From a virus (Duplodnaviria; Caudoviricetes), in the IMG/VR virus record IMGVR_UViG_3300018914_000003, positions 1-54,386 of that record: a stretch of 54,386 bases of DNA; one strand, written 5' to 3'. Shown here piece by piece: positions 47,243-54,386 of this stretch. The first letter of the stretch is position 1, and the number at the start of each line of letters is the position of its first letter. A program made the translations under genes and the position numbers. The notes under the pieces are model-generated. The model did not search any database. It was not told where the DNA came from and saw only the letters and a list, made by a program, of their open reading frames with translations.

Positions 47243-47792
47243 TTTTAAGACCTTCAAAGAATTTTTCATTTTTGTCTGTCTGACTGAATAACTCTTCTTT
47301 TTCGGAATCAGTCATCAGGGAAATTTTAACCAGAACAACTTCACCACTGTCAAGCCAGGCATAATGATAGTATTTGCCTTTTAATGCTACTTTGTTGATT
47401 CGGTTTGCCGGAATTTCAATTTCGGTTCTGCCATTTTTCACTTCTGCTGCCACATCTTGCATTTCTGTTTGAAGGGCGTTATAAGTTTCAAATGCTCCTT
47501 CTTTGAATTTTTTGGCATCTGCCAGATGAATTTCCGCTTCTCGCAAAACTTGTTTTGCTTTCGGAATTTCATCCTTTGCGATTTCCAAAATTTGTTCATC
47601 CATAGCCTGAATTTCTTCTTCTGAATAGAATCTCTGTGCAAAAGTTTTCTGATGTTCTGCAACCATATTTAAAGCAAAAAATTCCTGAAACTCTTCAATG
47701 GTTTCAAATGTTCCTAAATTTTCAGGTAAATTGTCGTCATTTCCTGAAACGCTGAAAGCGTGAATAAATGGGATTTGTTCTATTACTTGCAT
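47205..47792 (-). CDS. Hypothetical coiled-coil phage protein
   Basis: Diverged paralogue of 810..1397. Confidence 0.75.
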   Translation of the reverse strand: MQVIEQIPFIHAFSVSGNDDNLPENLGTFETIEEFQEFFALNMVAEHQKTFAQRFYSEEEIQAMDEQILEIAKDEIPKAKQVLREAEIHLADAKKFKEGAFETYNALQTEMQDVAAEVKNGRTEIEIPANRINKVALKGKYYHYAWLDSGEVVLVKISLMTDSEKEELFSQTDKNEKFFEGLKNGKNKGKTQQIS

Positions 47793-47809
47793 AATGTTTT
47801 TTTTAATTA

Positions 47810-48256
47810 TTATAAATAGATTTTGTTGTGATGTTGTTCCAATTGATTTTCGATTTCTTCCAGGTGAATCACATCTTTCGGTTCTGGCAGATACAGGTTT
47901 AAAGTTTTGATTGAATAGTTTCTGAATCTTTCAGTTGCAGCGGACATTTCTTCTGTGTTAAGTTCTGCTGTACTTTTGATTCGGTCCCTTACTTCTCCGG
48001 TTTGATAGTTGATAAACTCAGTTTTGAAAATGTTCTCATTAACTTTTTGTTTAAAAATAATTTGCTTTACATACTCAAGAGTTTCACCATATTCCAATGC
48101 ATACCATCCAAGAATTAAATGCAGATAATTGTTTTGGCTGTACGTCCTGTTTTTCTTCTTTTCCAAGACTTCAATCTTTGCATTCTTATCAAGAAGATGC
48201 TTAATCCTGTTTATTGCTTTTTTTCTCATGTCCGGTTTGGAAGTATCGAAAATCAT
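47810..48256 (-). CDS. NinB/Orf-like protein
   Basis: Paralogue of 1409..1855. Confidence 0.7.
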   Translation of the reverse strand: MIFDTSKPDMRKKAINRIKHLLDKNAKIEVLEKKKNRTYSQNNYLHLILGWYALEYGETLEYVKQIIFKQKVNENIFKTEFINYQTGEVRDRIKSTAELNTEEMSAATERFRNYSIKTLNLYLPEPKDVIHLEEIENQLEQHHNKIYL

Positions 48257-48262
48257 CTTGTT

Positions 48263-48496
48263 TTACTTTTCAAGTTGTTGTAAAAGTTCATCCGCCGCTT
48301 TTAATGCTCTCACAGCTAAATATTCAGGAGTTTGAGAATTGTTTGATGATAACAATCCTTGCAATGCTAATCCCGCAAAATATTCTCTTTTTGAAAGACC
48401 ATGATTTACTTCACAATTCCAAACTTCAGATAGTGGAGTTTTACTATTTGTGTTACTGATGACTTGTGGATGTATCGATTTTTCTGAATTTTCCAT
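48263..48496 (-). CDS. Conserved small phage protein
   Basis: Paralogue of 1862..2101. Confidence 0.8.
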   Translation of the reverse strand: MENSEKSIHPQVISNTNSKTPLSEVWNCEVNHGLSKREYFAGLALQGLLSSNNSQTPEYLAVRALKAADELLQQLEK

Positions 48497-48497
48497 T

Positions 48498-49190
48498 TTA
48501 TAAAGAATTTAAAAGTTGTTTTTTATGTTTTTCAGCTAACTGAAGACGCCTTTTTATTTTTGCCATATCAAGTTCATCCCTTTCGACTTTAACAATCAGA
48601 ATTTGTTGATTTTCATTTTTGAACCTTTCATCATAAGAAATGAAGTATCCGTTTTTTCGGCCGGTTGCTAAAAGATTTCCTTGAATCTGCCAATAGTAAT
48701 TTGATTTATGTTTTTTTAGATCTACAGCAGTTTTTATATTTCGTAGATAAAAAAGATGTGTTTTTGATTTAGGACATTTAATTTCAATTAAACTATCATC
48801 ACCAAATAGTCCGTCCGGCGTTCCACCGAAATAAGAGCACATTTCAACAAACTCCTGATTATCACCGACAGCAAAACATTTAACATTCATTACTTTCTCA
48901 AACCTTTCTACTCCTTCAACCTCCTTATCAGTACCCCGCTCCATATCTTCATTCTTGTAGGTTTCGCGACTTTTACCATCAGTAAGAATTGCGACAATAA
49001 TTTCTTCTATGTAAATAATAGCACCTTTTGGAAGTTCATCAATTTTATCTTCGTAGGTTAAGAGCTTTGATAAGCATGAAGAAGTAAATTTATCATCACG
49101 CTGTTTGTGCCAACTTTCCACCTTATCAAGTTCATCGTTTAAAACCACTGCCTGTGATAAGTCAGGCAGTGTCATTTTTTGAATTTCCAT
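48498..49190 (-). CDS. YqaJ/lambda-exonuclease family protein (allele B)
   Basis: KFTSS, GGTPDG, EIKCP, YYWQIQG; start 49190 by TAATG coupling. Confidence 0.9.
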   Translation of the reverse strand: MEIQKMTLPDLSQAVVLNDELDKVESWHKQRDDKFTSSCLSKLLTYEDKIDELPKGAIIYIEEIIVAILTDGKSRETYKNEDMERGTDKEVEGVERFEKVMNVKCFAVGDNQEFVEMCSYFGGTPDGLFGDDSLIEIKCPKSKTHLFYLRNIKTAVDLKKHKSNYYWQIQGNLLATGRKNGYFISYDERFKNENQQILIVKVERDELDMAKIKRRLQLAEKHKKQLLNSL

Positions 49191-49621
49191 TATGATGTAA
49201 TGAATAAAGGTTTTACACTCCATCTATCGGATTGATATGCATTTGTAGCATTTTTCTGCTTTCCTAAGAATTCAATTTTTAAAGGAGTTCCCGGAACAAC
49301 TTTGTTTTGGTGAACAGCATCTTCTAACGAAGCAACAAGTCTTTTAGATCCGTTACGTATTGTTTTAAGTTCACCAGATGACTTTTGTTCCAGAAGTACA
49401 ATGCAAGGAAGTTCAATGGTCTCACCGCTTTTTTCATCGGTATAAGTCGAATTCTTGATTTCTTGAAAGAAACATAATTTGAATTCTCCTTCTTTTTCCG
49501 GCGTCCAATATTCGCTTGTTAGATCTGCCGGTATAACTTGAGCCTCTGAAAGATTTGGAAGAGTTCCCATCAGGTCAAAAGATTGTAACTGATTATCGTT
49601 GTTTTTTTGTAATTGTGACAT
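49190..49621 (-). CDS. Putative OB-fold ssDNA-binding/annealing protein (allele B)
   Basis: YWTPEKEGE...CFF...GS..L...L...GTPLKIEFLGK; coupled to the exonuclease. Confidence 0.5.
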   Translation of the reverse strand: MSQLQKNNDNQLQSFDLMGTLPNLSEAQVIPADLTSEYWTPEKEGEFKLCFFQEIKNSTYTDEKSGETIELPCIVLLEQKSSGELKTIRNGSKRLVASLEDAVHQNKVVPGTPLKIEFLGKQKNATNAYQSDRWSVKPLFITS

Positions 49622-49628
49622 ATATGAT

Positions 49629-50792
49629 TTATTTAAAGTTTTTGATTACGGAAATTGAATCTGAAATTGAATCAGCTATTCTCTGCAAGCATTTTTGGAA
49701 TTCTTCTCTCAATTTCTCGTCTGAAATTTTAGGTTCATTGTTTAAATAATTCATGCTTTGGATATATTCAACTGCCTTTTGTTTTTCAGGTTTTAAAGAT
49801 TCCAATCTTGCAGCCTCTGTTTTTGCTTTTTTTTCGTCTTCTGCATGTTCTTTTGCAACTCGTTCAGCTTCTTCTATAACTTTGCGTTCAGCTTCATCTT
49901 TGGCGGTTTTTTCGGCTTCAATTTTCGCAAGACGTTGTTTTTCAGCTTCAATTTCTTCACGCTCTTTTCTTAAATTTTCTTCTTTTGCTTTCAGTTCTGC
50001 TTCCTGCTTTTCTTTTTCAGCTGCCAATTCTGCACGTTCGTGTAATAATTTTTTTTCGTTTTCGGCTTGAATTTTGGCTTGTTTTTCGGCTTCTGCTTTT
50101 TGATCTGCTTCCAATTTTGCTTGAGCTGCTTCAAGTTTTTTTCTCTCTTCTTCCATCTTTATTTTTTCAACCCTGTGCGCTTCAGCTTCTTCAAGAGCTA
50201 TAATTTTGGATGAAAGAGTATTTTTCACGAGGATTATTTTTTCATTGAAGTCAAGTTCAAATTCCTCGAATTGTGCAACATCAGTTTGGAAAAGGTTTTG
50301 TTCAAAATCAACTTTAAGAGAATCAATTGTTTCAAATGAAAGGCTATTGATTTTAGCAAGGGATTCATCAATTAAAGCACTGATTGAATTTTTGATTGTA
50401 TTCTTCCTTTCTTCTTCAATTCTTAATTTCTCCTGTTTTTCTTTCTCCTTGATTTCTTCCCATCTTTTAACTTCAGATTGTTGTTTTTCTTCATGTGGTT
50501 TGGTAATAGAAATCAATCCTTCACTTGCCCCAGCAACTGCTTCCCGGAATTTTTTAATTTTGGAAGCAATTAATTTATCCTGGTTTTGGATTTCAGTTCT
50601 GGCAGTAACAAGGATTGTTCTTGTTTTTTTTGCTTCCTCATAAGTTTTATTATCAGTGATTTCAACGAAAGGATTTTCTTTGACTATTTGCAGCTGCTTT
50701 TCTTTCATTCCATGAAGTTCAGGAAGGTTGTTTACATCTACCTGTTCTATTAAAAACAAACTGTTTTCTGTGTTTTCTAAAGTTTCTGACAT
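49629..50792 (-). CDS. Long coiled-coil phage protein
   Basis: Paralogue of 3405..4550. Confidence 0.8.
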   Translation of the reverse strand: MSETLENTENSLFLIEQVDVNNLPELHGMKEKQLQIVKENPFVEITDNKTYEEAKKTRTILVTARTEIQNQDKLIASKIKKFREAVAGASEGLISITKPHEEKQQSEVKRWEEIKEKEKQEKLRIEEERKNTIKNSISALIDESLAKINSLSFETIDSLKVDFEQNLFQTDVAQFEEFELDFNEKIILVKNTLSSKIIALEEAEAHRVEKIKMEEERKKLEAAQAKLEADQKAEAEKQAKIQAENEKKLLHERAELAAEKEKQEAELKAKEENLRKEREEIEAEKQRLAKIEAEKTAKDEAERKVIEEAERVAKEHAEDEKKAKTEAARLESLKPEKQKAVEYIQSMNYLNNEPKISDEKLREEFQKCLQRIADSISDSISVIKNFK

Positions 50793-50804
50793 TCTTGTGG
50801 TTTT

Positions 50805-50945
50805 TTAATTTTCGTTTTCTAAGTCCTTTATTTCTTTGATGAATTCGTTAACCGCTGTGAGTTCTGCGTGGGTTAAAGTATCATAACCTATCCTCTTGGC
50901 GTTGACATACCATCTTCCGTCTATATTTTCTATTCTGATATTCAT
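50805..50945 (-). CDS. 46 aa protein (B-specific, not in track)
   Basis: MNIRIENIDGRWYVN...; ATGA overlap. Confidence 0.6.
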   Translation of the reverse strand: MNIRIENIDGRWYVNAKRIGYDTLTHAELTAVNEFIKEIKDLENEN

Positions 50946-51130
50946 TTTGGGGTTTTTAAAAATTCAGTAAATTGATTGTAATACAGCCTGATGGTAGAAA
51001 AGATGATCAATAACCCGATACAGAATAATGTCGTTGAGTAATCAAGGTTTTCACACTGGCTGTTTTTGTCTATGTCTGACCAGATCGCAACAATTAGCAA
51101 TATGATCACTGTGTTTAAGGCTGTTTTCAT
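50942..51130 (-). CDS. Small 2-TM protein (B-specific)
   Basis: Hydrophobic segments. Confidence 0.6.
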   Translation of the reverse strand: MKTALNTVIILLIVAIWSDIDKNSQCENLDYSTTLFCIGLLIIFSTIRLYYNQFTEFLKTPK

Positions 51131-51132
51131 AT

Positions 51133-51285
51133 CTATGTTGCTTCTTCTGAAATATTTATAATCTTCATTTCTTCACCCCAATTACAGATAAATCTACCCT
51201 TTGCAAAATCTTCATTAATTGCTTCGATTTTAATTTTTCTGATGGAGCCATCTGTATGTAAAAATTCAATAATGTAATTTTTCAT
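51133..51285 (-). CDS. 50 aa protein (B-specific, not in track)
   Basis: MKNYIIEF...; fills the gap. Confidence 0.55.
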   Translation of the reverse strand: MKNYIIEFLHTDGSIRKIKIEAINEDFAKGRFICNWGEEMKIINISEEAT

Positions 51286-51296
51286 GATCTTTATTA

Positions 51297-51620
51297 TTAT
51301 GCGTTTAGTTTAATAATTAAATTTTCAGAGATTAATTTTTCAAGCTGTCTTCTTTCAAGCGAGTTCAGCTCGATGTCTTCGCATTCCCGGCTATCGTAAG
51401 CCGAAAGAAAATGCACTTTCACTTTAGTTACTTCGGTTCGGTTCCATGCCGGGTCAAAGGCTAAATCAATTTCAAGAGATACATCAATGCTGATCTCATC
51501 GTCTTCGCAAAGTGTCAACCTTGTTTCAAAGTATGATCTCTCGTCCGTGTAGATCATCGCTTCCAATTTTTGAGCTTTTATTTGCTCAATTGGATTTAAA
51601 AGTGTTACATTTGTTGCCAT
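51297..51620 (-). CDS. Acidic hypothetical protein (B-specific)
   Basis: 107 aa ORF. Confidence 0.65.
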   Translation of the reverse strand: MATNVTLLNPIEQIKAQKLEAMIYTDERSYFETRLTLCEDDEISIDVSLEIDLAFDPAWNRTEVTKVKVHFLSAYDSRECEDIELNSLERRQLEKLISENLIIKLNA

Positions 51621-51675
51621 TATTGGGTTTACTTTAATCGGTTAAACTTTTGCCATCTGTTGCTGCAGGTGGCTT

Positions 51676-51948
51676 TTATTTTTTGCTAATGAAATAAAGC
51701 TCGATTGCCTTTTTAGAATCTATTTTCATCTGCTTTCCAGAGTTCATTATTGCAGCGTCAATAATTCCTGAATTTTTAATTTCCTGCGCTTTTGTCAATC
51801 CGCAATTAAAAAGTTTTGCAATTCCTCTCATTCCGTAAACCCATTCTATTTCCTGCTTATCTTCTTTACTTATGGCGACCCGGATCGTTTCAATAAATTC
51901 CCGGCCTGTCATTTGAAAGATGTGTTTGTCTAATATTTCGGAGTTCAT
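51676..51948 (-). CDS. DUF3853-like excisionase
   Basis: One substitution relative to 5115..5387. Confidence 0.8.
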   Translation of the reverse strand: MNSEILDKHIFQMTGREFIETIRVAISKEDKQEIEWVYGMRGIAKLFNCGLTKAQEIKNSGIIDAAIMNSGKQMKIDSKKAIELYFISKK

Positions 51949-51993
51949 GATGTTATCTTTTTTCAGTTGGAAACTTTTTTTGATAATTTTCCA

Positions 51994-52278
51994 TTATTTA
52001 GATATTAAAGTGTAAGTTTTAGGATTAGAATTAACAACATCAGCCAATAAATTATACAAATTAGATATCTGGGCAGGTTCAAGCAAAAACACATTAGGAT
52101 AAGATCCATTTGTACTATCTACTTTGTCGATAAATAGCATAATATCTGCCTGATCAGTGACTTGAAAACTTAAAGCGTTCTCGCCAAGAGAATTAAAAAT
52201 TATTTTGCCATTTGTTTTTTCTTCAAACTCCTCAATCTCTTTCGGTGTCATATCACCGAATAGTTTTTCGTTTTTCAT
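51994..52278 (-). CDS. Hypothetical protein (B-specific)
   Basis: 94 aa ORF. Confidence 0.6.
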   Translation of the reverse strand: MKNEKLFGDMTPKEIEEFEEKTNGKIIFNSLGENALSFQVTDQADIMLFIDKVDSTNGSYPNVFLLEPAQISNLYNLLADVVNSNPKTYTLISK

Positions 52279-52283
52279 TTTTA

Positions 52284-52898
52284 TTAATTTAAATTTGTAT
52301 TATTGAAAACGTTTTCTAAAATGTAAAGTGGATATGTTTTAACTCTTCCAAATCTTGGATCTGGAATTTCATCCATCAGAATATTATTATCTTTACATAT
52401 TTTAGAAGCAATCCTACCCATTTTAGAGGCTACCGGAAGAGGGCAGGCTATATTATTTAAAGTCGCATAACCAACTATCGTAAAGTAATCAGGTGTTGTT
52501 TTTGATTGATTTTCAATCTTATTAATTTTTGATTCTAAACTACCAATCCTTTTATCTTGCTCAATTAAAATTTGCGTTGACTGCGCAAGAATTTCTAATT
52601 GTGAAAGTGGTTTTATTTGTTTTTCAGCTTCTAAAGTTTCCCATCTTAAAACCAGTTTAGCTCTCGATTCATCATTGAATTTTGATCCAACAAATAAGCA
52701 TTCTGTTTTATCTAAAATATATTCGGGTCTACTTTTGCCTTGTTCGTCAGTATAACTAGCCAACGTAAAATTTCGTCCGCTAACTTTCTGCCATGTAGCG
52801 TCCATTTTTCTGATCGCATTTAAAATGTCAGAATGTCGTTTTCCTGTAATTTCAGCAATTTGCCTACTTGACATGGTTTGATTTCTCTGTACTTCCAT
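52284..52898 (-). CDS. Rha family regulator/antirepressor
   Basis: MSSRQIAEITGKRHSDIL..IR...YTDEQGKSRPEY.L; start 52898. Confidence 0.9.
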   Translation of the reverse strand: MEVQRNQTMSSRQIAEITGKRHSDILNAIRKMDATWQKVSGRNFTLASYTDEQGKSRPEYILDKTECLFVGSKFNDESRAKLVLRWETLEAEKQIKPLSQLEILAQSTQILIEQDKRIGSLESKINKIENQSKTTPDYFTIVGYATLNNIACPLPVASKMGRIASKICKDNNILMDEIPDPRFGRVKTYPLYILENVFNNTNLN

Positions 52899-52902
52899 AA
52901 TA

Positions 52903-53130
52903 TTAATTTGTGAATTTTTCCAGGTGTTTTTTTGCTTTTCCCTTTTCAAACATTTCTTTCTTTTTCAATCCCAATTCCTTTTCCAGAATCTCAACTCTGT
53001 CATCGCGGGTAAATTCAATCGGATTTTTCATCCATCTGATAAATGTTACTACCGATATACCTAATGCATAAGCGATTGGGTATTTTTTATCCCCCTTAAC
53101 TTTTTCTTTGAAAGCTTGTGTTATTTCCAT
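52903..53130 (-). CDS. Cro-like HTH regulator (allele B)
   Basis: IAYALGISVVTFIRW; divergent from the repressor. Confidence 0.7.
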   Translation of the reverse strand: MEITQAFKEKVKGDKKYPIAYALGISVVTFIRWMKNPIEFTRDDRVEILEKELGLKKKEMFEKGKAKKHLEKFTN

Positions 53131-53167
53131 TTTTATTAATTATTTTTGGATATTCAATTTTGATATA

Positions 53168-53225
53168 ACAAATATACAGTTATTACTGTATTTAAACAAA
53201 TTTATTTACAGTTTTTTACAGTAAA
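53168..53225. promoter_or_regulatory. cro promoter and operators (allele B)
   Basis: TATATTTG on the minus strand (53169-53176); ATACAGT-N4-ACTGTAT 53174-53191; more TACAGT half-sites 53207-53222. Confidence 0.55.
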
Positions 53226-53263
53226 AATTATAACTAATTGATTATCAATAATAAAATTTAATA

Positions 53264-53803
53264 ATGGATACAGAAAATAATTCTCCTTATTATCGTCTTG
53301 AAAAAATAATGGAATATTATGGTTTAAACCCAAATGCGTTTGCTAATAAAATCGGATTAAAAAGAACACAAAACCTGTACGACATTCGTGATGGAAAGAT
53401 TAAAAAGATAACTTTCGATCTTGCAAACAAAATAAATACAGTATTTACTGCAATAAATAAAGATTGGCTTTTAACTGGTGAAGGCGAAATGCTTGTAAAT
53501 GACCATGCTGTTATCAAAGAAAAAGACAATGATTTTAAAAATCTACCAATTGAAGAAAAATTAAATATAATATACCATCAAAATATTGAAATAAACAACC
53601 AAAATATTGAATTAAAGAATCAGAATATTGAAATAAAAGCAGCTATTGCAACAAATAAAGAAACTGCTGAAAATAATAAAGAGAGAATTGATGATGTTAT
53701 GTTTATTTTGGACTCTCATACAAAAATGATTGTCAATTTGTGGGAAAAAGGAATTAAAAAGCCAGAAGATAAAAAAGTTAAAGAGATCCGAGCTAAAAAT
53801 TAA
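53264..53803 (+). CDS. CI-like repressor (allele B): XRE HTH plus coiled coil
   Basis: RL..IM...GLN..AFA.KIG...INKDWLLTGEGEM. Confidence 0.85.
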   Translation: MDTENNSPYYRLEKIMEYYGLNPNAFANKIGLKRTQNLYDIRDGKIKKITFDLANKINTVFTAINKDWLLTGEGEMLVNDHAVIKEKDNDFKNLPIEEKLNIIYHQNIEINNQNIELKNQNIEIKAAIATNKETAENNKERIDDVMFILDSHTKMIVNLWEKGIKKPEDKKVKEIRAKN

Positions 53804-54036
53804 TTGGAATAAAATTGAATTATAAGTATACACTTCCGGAACAGATTAATATTACATGAAGCCATGTCTATTTTTAATAATTTTATTTGTGAATCATTTA
53901 ACATTACACCGTAAGCAATTTTAGATAAAAGAAACTCTTGATTAATCATATACTCATCAACATCAATAGAATGATCTGTTAAATAATTTTCATTATAAGT
54001 CATTAATGTTTTTATAATTTTCTTGTTATCGCTCAT
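53800..54036 (-). CDS. Small hypothetical protein convergent on the repressor
   Basis: Counterpart of 7497..7748. Confidence 0.5.
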   Translation of the reverse strand: MSDNKKIIKTLMTYNENYLTDHSIDVDEYMINQEFLLSKIAYGVMLNDSQIKLLKIDMASCNINLFRKCILIIQFYSN

Positions 54037-54278
54037 GGTAATTAATGTAATGCTTTCAAATATATAAAATGTCTAATTAATTTTTAAACATCAATAGCAA
54101 TTTATTTTTATTATAAATAAAATAATAATTAATATATATTCCTAAATCTATAAGACAAAAGTATAATCACATTGCGACAAAACTTGACGTATTAAAAAAA
54201 AGAATAAGAATAATTTACACGTATTTACATTTACGGAAAATATTAAATGGCAGATTTGCCGAACTAAATAAATTTATT

Positions 54279-54386
54279 ATGAAAAAAATTACAATCTTTT
54301 TATTAAGTGCTATTTTATTAAGTACTTCTTGCAGTAATAATGATTCAGAAGAGATTAAAACAGATATTACTGATAATCGCCCACCA
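54279..54386 (+). CDS. Lipoprotein, partial (identical to 7988..8095)
   Basis: Same lipobox; cut by window edge. Confidence 0.7.
   Translation, partial: MKKITIFLLSAILLSTSCSNNDSEEIKTDITDNRPP

Larger units (their letters stand above)
1..54386. mobile_element. Temperate myovirus-type phage/prophage (lambda-like head, Mu-like contractile tail); ~46.4 kb unit plus a second copy of the early module
   Basis: Integrase, att-like site, terminase, portal, capsid, sheath, tube, baseplate, lysis, replication and immunity genes; no host housekeeping genes. Confidence 0.95.
46396..54386. repeat. Early module copy B (diverged direct repeat of 1-8095)
   Basis: See copy A. Confidence 0.95.

Overview
The whole window is temperate-phage DNA from an AT-rich Bacteroidota host, probably Flavobacteriales. 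That host call rests on TAnnTTTG promoter elements, a Bacteroidetes-type lipoprotein and a DUF3853-like excisionase; no host genes are present. One apparently complete ~46.3-46.4 kb genome is visible. It contains an integrase and an attP-like site (about 10.8-11.0 kb), cargo (integrase remnant, two candidate sRNAs, Panacea-type toxin-antitoxin pair) and a Mu-like contractile tail. The head is lambda-like (GpA terminase, gpW, portal, S49 protease, gpD, gpE), with the lysis cassette inserted between portal and protease. A cos-like site, small Nin-type genes, replication genes and a DNA methyltransferase follow. The ~8 kb early module (recombination, antirepressor, immunity) occurs twice in direct orientation: A at 1-8095 and B at 46396-54386. 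The two copies are syntenic and mosaic but have different cro/cI genes, operators, antirepressors and exonuclease/partner alleles, so they are probably heteroimmune. The window ends match internal sequence exactly (first 99 nt = 46396-46494; last 127 nt = 7969-8095). This fits either a circular phage with two swappable early modules linearised through an assembly bubble, or a tandem double lysogen. All product calls come from motif recognition and synteny; no database search was run.
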